Positions 34,255 to 47,199 of a DNA stretch of 64,000 bases are shown here, piece by piece (position 1 is the first letter of the stretch; each line of letters opens with the position of its first letter). Position numbers and translations under genes: made by a program. Under the pieces are notes generated by a model. It was not told the DNA's origin. It was given only the letters and a program-made list of their open reading frames with translations, and did no database searches. The stretch comes from Carpediemonas membranifera BICM (lineage: Eukaryota > Protista > Fornicata): positions 1 through 64,000 of the forward strand of contig JAHDYR010000005.1 of assembly GCA_019828565.1 (NCBI GenBank), written 5' to 3'.

Positions 34255-34319
34255 TGTGCCCTTAACCTGCGGAATTCGTAAACAGTCTTTATCATATTTC
34301 TGGGCCCTAGCACGGCACA
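34255..34319 (+). repeat. GyB 5' LTR, 65 bp (other copies 40743-40807, 51094-51158, 31307-31371 inverted)
   Basis: Exact repeats with 6-bp terminal inverted repeat. Confidence 0.95.
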
Positions 34320-34340
34320 GTATCGATACTGCCGATTCAA

Positions 34341-35210
34341 ATGAAGACTCTTACAATTGACACCCCGTTCGCCGTCGAGAGAGCGCTCCAGGAGTACCTC
34401 TCGGCGATGCCCCACGAGAAGAATCCAATTTCGTTCATTAGGGCATTGTCCCCCGAGACAACAGAAAAACTTCGCGCCCAGTGGCGCCCAACCACTCTTT
34501 TTGACACTTTCGAGGACCTGCAACGAACCGTTCTGTCCGATTCCGATGCTCGCCGCGCGGCGAACACAAGCTCTGCCAGTACTGCGGCGCGAGCCCGTAC
34601 AACGAAGACCGACAACCTCACCGCCATCTGGGTAGAGGAGGTACAGAAGACCATAAGAAAAGCCACGTTCGCCGCCTGTAGCGAGTGTGCAGCTAAGCAC
34701 AAGGACCCCACCCTGACAGCAATGACCCGGGAGTGCCTTGAAGCTCAACATCCCCAGATACTGACTGACTGCGGCAAGAAGGCCCGCGACTTCTTCACCC
34801 AGCTGACCGACGACCACGACATCGCAAACGTCGAGACAGTCGCACGGCCTGGCAACCTGACCGGCCCGGACGGCGAAGACGTCTCGGTGGCGTTCGTGTA
34901 CATGCCCCCAGTGCCCGAGGAGACCAAGCCCGCCCCCTCCTCGGCGGCTTGGCCAGTCTTCGATGGCGGGGACGTCTACGCTTTCCTCGCCAAGGAGGCG
35001 ACCTCCATCGCCCCCTACCTCGCATATACCCTCTTGACGAGTACGGACCCGGGCGCAAGAGCCAAGCTCCTCAAGGCAAAGCTCGACAACATCACGCTAT
35101 ACGGTCCGGAGCCCCGGCACCGAACGGCCGTCGAGAAGGCACGCAAGCTCATAAGCGCCCTCAACCCAGACATCAAGGACGTCCCCACCATCTCCGCAAA
35201 ACTGCTCGAG
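34341..35210 (+). CDS. GyB gag N-terminal part
   Basis: Similar to GyA gag (TLYGPEPRHR vs TLFGPSAQHR); continues at 36851. Confidence 0.85.
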
Positions 35211-36833
35211 AAAGAAAGAAAGAAAATTTATGGTGCCTGGTATCGGGCCCCGGTTACTTAGGCTGATCTCCCTTATTACTGGAGCCGAGTTCCCCGGGGC
35301 GCTGCCTCCTCCCTGCGATTGAACTTGTCAGCTGCGTCCAACGAGCGATTCGGTGCTACTGCTTCCGCTCACTCCCGATTTCACTTCCCCCCATAGGCCT
35401 TCGCCATCTCCGTGCGCTGAGCGCTTTCCTGTCTCCCTGTAAACCCGGCAGCTTCCAGGGAGCCTGGGGGTCTGTCCTCGGTGCTTCCACAGGCAGTTTT
35501 GTCCTGCAAGACCTTCTCTATAGCACTCCATGATTCCCTGCAGTCCCTACGGGGTCGTTCAAGCATGGCACCCTCTCATCTTTCCAGATTCCCTGTTCAG
35601 TGCCCCCACGACCCTGTTAAGTGGCCTACCCGTGGGCGGGGAAAGCAACTAAGTCCCTCTCATCTACCCCTGTTAGGCGGCGTGGGCTAGGGCTAACACA
35701 GACTCTAGATCTGCAAGGCCTAGTACCCCTTATGATAGTTCTCTTGTGCTACACTTCCCAGCGTCCCTCTATCGTTCACAAGGGCGGCGGGGACGTCATG
35801 TCCCCCCGTATCCCATGCTCAGTCCCTGCAGTTTCCTTAGGTTCACCGCGAGTGGTGCAACCATCCAATTGATGGATTTCCTCTGTCCCTGGCCCTGCCC
35901 TCTCCCTGGGAAAAAGGGTCTCCCCTTGATCCCAGAGTCTATGCTTCCCTGCCCCCTTTCTGGATGTGGTGTTCCTTATCTATCCATCTATTCTATAGCT
36001 ATCATAGACCTTTGCCAGGGCTCTCAGCCCAGCTCGCAGTCCTTCCCATATCTCTTCCGACCCTGTTAACACTAGTTGTTGCACCTCTAAGATTGGCCTC
36101 TTCTCATACCACCTCCCATTCGGGCCTCTTCTGACTTGCAATTCCCTGGTCCTCTCCTTAGCTGTCTTCCATATCTTTTCCCAGTCATCTCCTCTTTCAA
36201 CCTCTGGGCACTCACACATAATGTGGGCCGCCGATCCCAGCGGCTGACCCCTTACCCACTCCCTGATTAGTGCCTGCTTCCTGGCTTGGTTTGGCTGCTC
36301 TCTCGCTATTTGCCACAGTAACTCTATCTCGCTCTCCTTTGTGCACAGGGGGCACCTCCTTTGTATCTTGTGTTTGAGTTCCTCACCCATCGCCAGGTCC
36401 GCCAGCGCTCGCTCTGGGCCTTCTCCCCTTTCCGCTGATGATGGAGACGGGCTGACATTCGCTGCCACCGACACTATCCTTTTCCACTCTGCCCTTGACT
36501 GCCACTTCCCTGTCTTCCTACTTATGGCCGGTTTCCCCGCCATGCACTTTCCCATACGTTTGGGTCCTAGGACTTCCATGAGCCCCACCGCTGTCTTGCT
36601 CTTGCACCTCCTGGTCCAGTTCATTCTTACCATCTCCCTACCAAAGTCTATCTTCCCTGCATTCGTTGCTCCCTCTCTTGTTCCTCTGAGGAGTGCGTTC
36701 ACTGAGTCCCTGGCTTTCCACATAATCGATCCCTCCTTCCAGACCCTGTCTCTGATTGGTATATCCTGGCCCCTGCTTGTCACGATCCTCTTGACTGCTA
36801 GCATCTCCAGGTGGGCTTGCAGGTCCATCCATC
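35211..36833 (-). mobile_element. LINE La, 5'-truncated
   Basis: 17-bp TSD CCGCAAAACTGCTCGAG at 35194-35210 / 36834-36850. Confidence 0.92.
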
Positions 36834-36850
36834 CCGCAAAACTGCTCGAG

Positions 36851-39800
36851 CGGATCATTCGGGACTTCGCCACAGAGGTTTCTCCAAAGAAGCCGAGGAT
36901 GTATACGAAGAAGAGATTGAGGACTACTCCGACAAGATCAGCGAACTTCTCGACAAACTACGCGACTTGGATGTTGATCACGACGAGAACATCATTATCC
37001 CATGGCGTGCCTTCAGACTCGCCAGCCCACAAGCCGACAACAACGAGCAGGCGTCGGGCACTTCAGGCAGGAAGCCGCTCGCTCGCAGGCTCGATGGTCG
37101 CGATCCGTTCCAGCAGTTCAGGGACAAGACCAAGTTCCGCATGCCTCCTTCCCACACGAGATACTGCACACAGCATGGCTGGAACCCGCACCACGAGACG
37201 AAGGACTGCAGGTTCCTCATCAGACGGGAGGCTTACAAGGCCCAAGAACGCCAGCCACAGACCGAGAAGCGTCAGGAACGCAGACCTGAAGAGCGGCAAA
37301 AGCAGCACGGCAACCGCGCACGCCCTGTGGCGCCCACCAGTCACCAACAGTCGGATCGCCGGGCCGGCCGCATGGACCTCCGCCCCTCGTCTACCCTGAA
37401 GAACCCCCGCCGCGTCGATGAGGTGTTTGACGCGGATGAAGCGTCTCATTCGGAGTTGGAGAACGAAGTCTACGAGATCGAGGACATCATACTCGACAAG
37501 GACCCGGTGAAGGTCCCGGCTGTTATCAACGGCCAGCACATGAACGTCAAGTTCGACATCGGCGCTTGCACGTCGGTCATATCAGCCCCTGCCCTCGCAG
37601 CGATCCCCGACGTGACCCTGATACCGACCTCAGTCGAACTTCTCGGCGCTGGGGACGATATCATCTCCACTGGCAAAGCCGCCAAGGTCTCGCTGACCCT
37701 CCCCAGTGTCGACGGAAAGACCGTGACCACCACTGCGTTGCTCATGGTCACGAAGGGCCAGAGGAAGAAGGTCCTCATTGGACGCGATTTGCTCCGCCGC
37801 CTCGGCTTCCTGCTGAACGAACGGCTGCTAATACCGTCCGCTGACCCGATCGATGACGACGACGGCCTGGGACAGCACCCCTACCTCGACTCGACAACAG
37901 AAGAAGTCGACCCCGAGGAAGAGTGGCGCAAGGTTAAGCTGCCGACCGAAGAGAACCCGGAGCTGGCTGCCTGGCTGACCGACTTCCTTCGCGAGCGCAA
38001 GGCCGTGTTTGGCCCTCTACCTCCGGATGGCAGCAAGATGCCGCCACACGAGATCGTCATCGATCCAAGCCGCCCTACACCCAGGGCCCGACCCAGCCCG
38101 CTGAAGGGTGACCCGGGAAACTCAGCCCTCGCGGAGATCGACAAGATGCTCAACCAGGGCGTGATCCGAGAGAGTCAAAGTCCGCACTCTAGCCCGCACG
38201 TCATGGCAAAGAAGAAGAGCGGCGAAGACCGCTTCTGCATCGCTTATAACGTCTTGAACAACGCCACCATCGACGACCTGTACCCCACGCCGGACATCCG
38301 ATCGTTTGTACACGAGGCGAGCGGATGCTCCGTGTTCGCGGCGCTCGACCTGCGCAGCGGATACTGGCAGCAGAACATGGCAACCGATAGCATCCCGCTC
38401 ACCGCATTCACCGTCCCGGGCGGGCATTACGAGTTCTTACGTACACCATTCGGGCTGAAGAACGCCCCAGCAAAGTTCCAGCGAGCCATGGACGAGATGC
38501 TCGCTGGCATCGACGGTTCAAGAGCCTATATCGACGATATCTTTGCGTACGCCCGCTCCATTCAGGATTTCAAGTCGACCCTCACCCAGATCTTCGACCA
38601 GTTGGAAGCTTACGATATCAAACTCCGCGCCGACAAGTGTGCCATTGGCATGAAGGAGGTTGAAGTCTGTGGGTTTATAGTCAACGAGTCTGGCAGGTCG
38701 GTTTCCCCCTCACGTATCGCAGCCATCCAGGACCTCACACCCCCAACGACGACAACGGAGCTGCGCCGCACGCTAGGCAAGTTCAACTATCTGTCAAACT
38801 ATATCCCACACCTCGCCCACGCATCAGCCCCGCTCAACGCCCTCCTAAAGGGATCGCCGCAGAATCGGCCCCCTCGATTGGACTGCCACTGAGGACGAAG
38901 CATTCGCCCGTATGAAGACCCTAGTAGCCGAGCACACCGCCCTCGCGCTCCCAGACCTGAGTGCAAAGTGGACTCTCGAGACCGACGCATCGTCGACCGC
39001 CATCGGTGGTGTACTGTGGCAGGGCGAGGGTGACGAGAAGGTCCCACTCGCCTTCTACAGCAAGACCCTCGACGAGACCCAGCAACGGTGGTCCACGGTG
39101 GAACAGGAGCTTTTCGCCATTGTCTATTGTGTAACGCGACCAGAGTTTTCCCCCCTCTTCAAGCTGAAGCCGTTCGAGCTTCGCACGGACCATCGTAATC
39201 TGATATGGCTACTCAGGAAGACAGACGAGGACGGCACTAAGAAACTGACACGATGGCGACTCACCATGACAGAGTATCCGTATAACGTCACACACATAGC
39301 TGGAGCGCTGAACCTCGTAGCCGACGCACTGTCGCGGCCATCATCTCAGCGCAAGAACGAGCTGCGCCGCTCGATCGACCACGTCACCACGACGCGCCAA
39401 GAGCAGATCACCAGGGCGCACGCCGGTGCACAGGGCCACGTCGGCCCAGACCAGACCATCGCCAATCTGAAGCAGTCCGGTGTCACGTGGCCAGGCATGT
39501 CGGATGACGTCCGCGCGACCTTACGCCAGTGTCCAATCTGTCGCAAGACAAAGCCAGCCCGCAAGGAGCCGATCAAGTGGCACTCTACTCAGCGCATCCG
39601 CCCATTCGAGACGGTGCAGGTGGACACCATTGGCCCTTTGCCCGAGAGAGACGGTCTCAAGTACGTCATCACGGTGGTGGACGTGTTCTCGAAGTTCACC
39701 ATATTGAAGCCCACACGGTCAACGAGCGCAGCCGAGGCAGCAGCCGCATTGCTGGAGATCTGGGCGACTTTCGGCGCCCGGCCGAGCTCCAGTCTGACCA

Positions 39801-40716
39801 AGGTACACAGTTCAGGAATGCCCTAGTCGAGGAGATGAACGAGCGACTGAGTTTCAAGCACCGGTTCAGTACGGCATATCATCCGGCCAGCAACGGCGTA
39901 GTCGAACGCCTGAATGGTACCGTCATGAGACGCTTAAGAGCGCTCCTGCTGGACGCCCGCGACGACAACTGGCCCGCATACCTGCCCATCGCCCAGCACG
40001 TTATCAACGCCACCCGCCACTCCACCACAGGCCTCAGCCCCTTCGAACTATTGTTCGGACGCAAGTCAACCATGCTGCGCGTCGCGCCCGACGCCCTGAC
40101 CAACGCAACCCAGATGCTCGAGCCTGGCTCAGTCGAAGCCGACGACATCGTCCGCTTCCAGGCCCACGTCACGTCGCTCCAACAACTTGCCGCGATCAAG
40201 GTCAAAACCTACGAGGTAAACAAGGCTGCAGGCTCCTCGGACAGCACACGGGCCTGGGAGAACGAAACCTACGTCCTGCTGAGATACCCGGGCAAGCCGC
40301 CGACCAAGCTACTCCCGCCTCTGCGCGGACCGCTCCGCATGGAGGGGAAGGGCGATCACCCCAACACCTACAAGGTGATGGATCTCGTGTCGAAGTGCGT
40401 CGCCACAGTCCACGCAGACCGACTCGTCACATTCCACGCCGACGGCCTCACGGAGAAGGAGCTCGAGGAAATTGCCGCCTACGAGCAAGATGAACAACCC
40501 GTGGAGGCAGTCGTAGGCCACCGTAAGAAGAAGAACGGCTCTCTGGAGCTACTGATCCGTTGGGAAGGCCTCACCCCCGACGAGGACTCATACATCCCCT
40601 ATAATCGCTACTACGACCAGCTCGAGGCTATCGACAGTTATCTCGAGCTCAATCCTGGTCTCAAGCCGATGTTTGAGAGTGCTAAGAAGAAGTTCCGCAG
40701 GAGCGGTCGCCGTTAG
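36851..40716 (+). CDS. GyB gag C-terminus-PR-RT-RH-IN-chromodomain (several 1-nt frameshifts)
   Basis: CTQHGWNPHHETKDC, FDIGAC, YIDD, TDAS, HHCC, DDE, chromodomain. Confidence 0.92.
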
Positions 40717-41156
40717 TCGTGCGACACGCACTGGGAGGGAAGTGTGCCCTTAACCTGCGGAATTCGTAAACAGTCTTTATCATATTTCTGGGCCCTAGCA
40801 CGGCACAGCTCCTTCGCGGAGCTGAAGAACATGTGTTCTCGCTCAGCAGACCTCCAGCTCACAATCTCGACCGACGCGTCGGGCGAGGGATGGGGCGCTC
40901 ACTGGTTCAACGAGACACAGCCTCGGTCTGCCAAGGGGACTTTCCGCGCAGCTCTCAGCGGCGAGTCGATCAACGTCAAGGAGCTCGTAGCCGTCCTCCT
41001 AGGTTCACGCCTCATTCCGAGACAGCTCGAGGTCAGGCACTTGACCGTCTTCACGGACAACACAACCTGCATGGCGTGGATCAACAAGCAGGGCTCAACC
41101 AAAGCTCCACCGCTGGCTCTGCTAACCCTCAGGACGCTTTATCGGGAGCTAGAGGA

Positions 41157-44100
41157 TCAAAGCATCGAGGGCCACGGCAGTCATCAATATCTACGCTCCC
41201 GATAGTGGATGTGCACGACCCGAGATTGAGGAGTTCGACCGGATGCTAGAGCAAACCGTCGCGAACTATGAGGGGTGTGACATCATCATCATCGGGGACT
41301 GGAACAGGAGGCCAGGGAAACTCAGGCAAGCAACTGCGATGACCCTCCAGCGATGGAACCTCACCCCAATAGCACCAACTGCACCGACGTACGGGACTAA
41401 CTCCCGAACGTCCACAATAGACTATGCAGCGGTAACAGGGGGTATCCAAAACCCGGTTGTTAGGGTAATAGACAAGACCACAATCGGGCACTGGGGGTCG
41501 GCACACAAAGCCATAGAGCTCACCTGGGATAGCAACCCGACAGGGAAACCAGAGATATCAAAGAGACTGGAAATCCCACGGATCGATACGTGGCTGGTCA
41601 AACCCAGGAGAACAGGGCCCAAGCTAGAAGAGTGGCCACCACTAGACAGCAAAATACCAGTGGACGAGATGGAGACTCTCATAAGGAAATGGTTGTCCAC
41701 CGGGTTTGCTACCTCCAGAAGGCACCCATTCGCTGTAGAAAACCAGGAACGTATCCCTAGTGAGGTATGGGAACGGCTGGCCAAAGCCTCCACCTGGAGC
41801 AAAACCGCCGCCAAAGATATCAAAAAGTCCCTCAACGGAGCACTGAGCAGATCATGGAGGACCTTCCAACATGACTGGAATGAGCAGGTTGAGGTTGGAT
41901 CCCGTGATGGGTACAAAACGACAAAAAGGATCCTCGCAAACCAAGTGTTCCGCTTCTGGAACGAGAAGCAGCACGCCGGTCTCCCGGTGATGCTGAAGGC
42001 TGGAAACAAGATTCTAGCAAGGCAGAGGGAGATTGCAGACTCCCTCCAGGAGCAGTACGCGAAGGTAAGCTCCGGGAAGGAACCCACCTGGGAACCCACC
42101 TGGGAAACCGAGCCGGAAACGGACATGGAGGACCATCCGCCATCGCTTGAAGAAGTGACAGCGGCGGTCAAGTCCATAAGGAAGTCCTCGGCCGGAGGCC
42201 CGGACGGGATTATTGGAGATTGTCTGAGGGACCTCCCCGAGTCAGCGTACGAGGCAATCACAGTCCTGCTCGCGAAAGTATACGACAGCGGGACCATGCC
42301 AACCACATGGAAGTATGCAGCGGTGTCGCCTATCCACAAGGTTGGGAAGGACAAGCTCACGCCCAGCTCGTACAGACCGATCTCCCTCACCCCCCTCCTA
42401 TACAGAGCCTACGGGAGGATACTGAAATGGCGCCTCAGGCCGACGGTGGAGAAGTTCATCCCCAGAGAGCAAGTTGGGTTCATGAAAGGGAAAACTGTAG
42501 TGGATCACATAGCCCTCCTAGCCCAACTCCACCAGTCCGGAAACCGTACCAGCGTCCTACTTGACATAGCAAAAGCATATGATACGGTCCCAAGGGACCT
42601 GCTGGTGAACAAGTTGACGCTCATGGGGGTACACCCAAGACTGACGAGGGCCATCCGAAATACACTTACAGAAACGTACATCTCGGTACGAGGGGCAAGC
42701 ACATGGTCCAGAACAAACATGGGGGTCAAGCAAGGATGTGTGGTGGCCCCCACTCTGTTCATTCTCTTCACAGCTAACTGGCTAAGCCAGGCGGCACTGT
42801 ACCTCCGGCATAGAGAGATCCCGGACCCCTGCCTCCCTCCAACGGACGATAGGCCCAAAAACTGCCTCATTGCAATGTTTGTAGATGATACAAGCATCTC
42901 AGCCGAGACCCCGCAGCTCGCCGAAGAAGGCACAGACGCAGTGGTCAGGGTAATTGAAGCCCATGGACTCCAGACCAGCCCAGGCAAAAGTGTGGTGATA
43001 AGTACCGACGTAACTGCAGCGGTCAGCATCCAAGGAACTCCCACACTGGCGTCAGACTCAGCAAGGTATCTGGGACTCTGGCTAGCCAGCGGGAAGAATC
43101 CGTTGGCAGCATGCATCAAAATGAAGACGTCACAATCCCGGAAATACCTAGCCCTGGCAAGGAGAGCAGGGTGGACCAAAGGATCCACCCCGGCCGCCAC
43201 CTCGGAATCCATCCTCAGAACCTTCCTCTGGCCCAAGATCGAGTTCGGGATCGAGATCTGGGGCCAAGCGCTCAGGGGAAGAGCCATCTGGAACAACTGG
43301 CGCGGCCTAATGGCAGGCACAGGACCAGGGGGAGGAGGAGCCGCCCGTGTACTAATGGGATGGATGTGCTGGGAGGCAGATATGGGGCAGAGAGCGGTGA
43401 GGCTCTATGAGTCTGCGCACGACCCGGACCGTCCGACCCCCTAGGGAATCTGGACTGGGCGACAGCGGAGAGAGGATCGGTCTTACATCGCCTCTACCAA
43501 TGGCGACGGAGCGTCCTCCAGGGCACACAGGAGGAGATGCCCGCCAGGGAAAGAGCAAAGAGGGGAGGCTGGACCCTCACAGCAGAAGAACTACTGCACA
43601 CCGGGAGCCGAACGGCCAAAGGGGTGGCAACAGTACTAGCCCCGGAAGTCATCCTCAGCATGCAGCAAGGGAAGAGACCCAAGAAACCAGGAATGATCAA
43701 GGGTGAGATGATAACCAGACGGGAAGTCAAGAGAGTAATCATGACTGCATCCAACACACTCCCCTCCCCCAGCAACAGTGGCAGAAGCAGAGCCATTTTT
43801 CACTTGGGAGCGCGATCGGCCAGCCCCAGGCCCTCCTGAGCAGGATCAAGCGGTGTTGCCCCCTATGTACCCTGGACTCAGAAGGTGACACCATTACTCG
43901 CCTGTACACTGTCACCAGAACCGCGGCGGAAACCACCAAAAATCCTCTCAGAATGGGCATACAACAAGCCCCTGGGAACACAAAGCCACATCATCTGCCA
44001 ATGCAAGGCGGTAGAACGCCCAGAAGGATGGAATGACATCCTGGCGGAGGCGCATCTACGCACACAGTACCACGCCCTAAGGCAAGGGCAGGAGGCGGAG

Positions 44101-44220
44101 TGGTACAACTCAAGGGCAATCCTGGAAATGCTCTGGCTCCTCCGCAGCGAGGACCATACCGTCAGAGAGGGACTGCAGAACGGCAGACGTGCCCTTCTGA
44201 ACCTCCGGAAAGACGGGTAA
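41157..44220 (+). CDS. Lb APE-RT-zinc finger (frameshifted after ~43440)
   Basis: GDWN, IDY, SAH, LDIAKAYD, GVKQG, FVDD, HIICQC. Confidence 0.88.
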
Positions 44221-45232
44221 GTACACCATCCCAGAATCCTATGACCTCTGGGACCAGGGTCAAACTGGGACCCAACCCCCCGCCTCAACCGAAGCGGAGC
44301 GCTCCTGGGATCAGCGGGGGACGCAAGCCCCACGTATCCCGGTAGCACCCAGCCGCGGAAGGGGGACTCAACCCCGAACACTAATCTCGCTAACACACAA
44401 ACGCTCACCCATACTGGGAACGTAGACAACATTCAGCCGGCAGAACCGGCACACTCTTCACACGTATAAGAAATAACCCAGAGCCATAGGGCGGGGCACG
44501 TATGCACATGTATACACGTACGTGCGAGGTATCGGGGCGCAGCAGCCAAACAGGAGGGTAACCATAAGGCAACAATACCACCTGGGCGGCACCTGGACCA
44601 AATCAGAGCTGCGCCGAACGGCCCGGCACCCAAAACTTGGAACCAGCCGGAAGCTAGGAAGAAGCCCTATAGGGAACAAATCCTTGAGGAGGGGATCCAT
44701 GCCGAAACGGAAAGTGTGGAAGAGCCCGAACGCAGCCGTGAATCATATAGCTACCCAGCGATGATCGGTGGGTTTCATAACTGGCCCAATTGCGTGGTAC
44801 GGCAAACGCCAAGCCCGAAACCGCTTCGGCGGGTGCCTGAAAAATTGCAAACTGGGTCGAATGGTATGGAGAACATATCCCTGAGAGGAGCCCTGTAGGG
44901 GGAAACCGAGCAGAAGGCCCCGGTGGCGGGTGTGCAGGGCAAGGCCTTGCGGGTGCCAGGCAGAACGGGGGCCCGAAGGACCCCCAAGAGTAAGACCTGG
45001 GTTATCCCGAATTTGGGGGTATCGGGCCAGCCAGTTGATAGGTCAACATGCAAGGGACTACCCAGCCTTACCAGCTGGACCCTGACGGTGATGGTGCTAA
45101 CGCCCCCAACGTAGTATCAGGCTCGCTCACGAAGGGAAGTCAACACGCTAAGGCGTTCCCGGGGACATGGGGTGGTGCAAACTGGTAATTCCCTGATTTA
45201 CACAGGTGTACAGGATACGTTAAATTTCTTTC
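41157..45232 (+). mobile_element. LINE Lb, 5'-truncated within APE domain, inserted in DIRS-D RNase H
   Basis: 18-bp TSD TTATCGGGAGCTAGAGGA 41139-41156 / 45233-45250; empty site visible ~51489-51506; TTTC tail. Confidence 0.93.
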
Positions 45233-47199
45233 TTATCGGGAGCTAGAGGAGAAGAACATCCTGATCAAGGCACGCCACACACCAGGACACCTCAACATTA
45301 CGGCCGACAGGCTCTCACGAGGCGTGCCGCTAGAGCCCCTCCACACACCACGCCATATATTGGAGATCATGATGCTGAGGTGGGGGCCGGTCGACTCAGA
45401 TGCGACTGCACACCCAGACCGCTCTCTGGCCCTGCCAGGCTTCGCCAAGCAGGGTTGGCCCGATGGGCTGGAGAGGGACTGGACGGACAAACGCGTGTTC
45501 GCTGCCCCACACCCGAGCTTCATCCCGAAGATATGCCAGCGCTTGATGTCGACCCCAGGGAAAGAAAGAAAGAAAATTTATGGTGCCTGGTATCGGGCCC
45601 CGGTTACTTAGGCTGATCTCCCTTATTACTGGAGCCGAGTTCCCCGGGGCGCTGCCTCCTCCCTGCGATTGAACTTGTCAGCTGCGTCCAACGAGCGATT
45701 CGGTGCTACTGCTTCCGCTCACTCCCGATTTCACTTCCCCCCATAGGCCTTCGCCATCTCCGTGCGCTGAGCGCTTTCCTGTCTCCCTGTAAACCCGGCA
45801 GCTTCCAGGGAGCCTGGGGGTCTGTCCTCGGTGCTTCCACAGGCAGTTTTGTCCTGCAAGACCTTCTCTATAGCACTCCATGATTCCCTGCAGTCCCTAC
45901 GGGGTCGTTCAAGCATGGCACCCTCTCATCTTTCCAGATTCCCTGTTCAGTGCCCCCACGACCCTGTTAAGTGGCCTACCCGTGGGCGGGGAAAGCAACT
46001 AAGTCCCTCTCATCTACCCCTGTTAGGCGGCGTGGGCTAGGGCTAACACAGACTCTAGATCTGCAAGGCCTAGTACCCCTTATGATAGTTCTCTTGTGCT
46101 ACACTTCCCAGCGTCCCTCTATCGTTCACAAGGGCGGCGGGGACGTCATGTCCCCCGTATCCCATGCTCAGTCCCTGCAGTTTCCTTAGGTTCACCGCGA
46201 GTGGTGCAACCATCCAATTGATGGATTTCCTCTGTCCCTGGCCCTGCCCTCTCCCTGGGAAAAAGGGTCTCCCCTTGATCCCAGAGTCTATGCTTCCCTG
46301 CCCCCTTTCTGGATGTGGTGTTCCTTATCTATCCATCTATTCTATAGCTATCATAGACCTTTGCCAGGGCTCTCAGCCCAGCTCGCAGTCCTTCCCATAT
46401 CTCTTCCGACCCTGTTAACACTAGTTGTTGCACCTCTAAGATTGGCCTCTTCTCATACCACCTCCCATTCGGGCCTCTTCTGACTTGCAATTCCCTGGTC
46501 CTCTCCTTAGCTGTCTTCCATATCTTTTCCCAGTCATCTCCTCTTTCAACCTCTGGGCACTCACACATAATGTGGGCCGCCGATCCCAGCGGCTGACCCC
46601 TTACCCACTCCCTGATTAGTGCCTGCTTCCTGGCTTGGTTTGGCTGCTCTCTCGCTATTTGCCACAGTAACTCTATCTCGCTCTCCTTTGTGCACAGGGG
46701 GCACCTCCTTTGTATCTTGTGTTTGAGTTCCTCACCCATCGCCAGGTCCGCCAGCGCTCGCTCTGGGCCTTCTCCCCTTTCCGCTGATGATGGAGACGGG
46801 CTGACATTCGCTGCCACCGACACTATCCTTTTCCACTCTGCCCTTGACTGCCACTTCCCTGTCTTCCTACTTATGGCCGGTTTCCCCGCCATGCACTTTC
46901 CCATACGTTTGGGTCCTAGGACTTCCATGAGCCCCACCGCTGTCTTGCTCTTGCACCTCCTGGTCCAGTTCATTCTTACCATCTCCCTACCAAAGTCTAT
47001 CTTCCCTGCATTCGTTGCTCCCTCTCTTGTTCCTCTGAGGAGTGCGTTCACTGAGTCCCTGGCTTTCCACATAATCGATCCCTCCTTCCAGACCCTGTCT
47101 CTGATTGGTATATCCTGGCCCCTGCTTGTCACGATCCTCTTGACTGCTAGCATCTCCAGGTGGGCTTGCAGGTCCATCCATCCCGCAAAACTGCTCGAG

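Larger units (their letters stand above)
34255..40807 (+). mobile_element. Gypsy chromovirus GyB, full length, with La fragment in gag
   Basis: Identical 65-bp LTRs 34255-34319 and 40743-40807, TGTGCC..GGCACA; 4-bp TSD GCTC; PPT GGGAGGGAAG 40733-40742. Confidence 0.96.
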
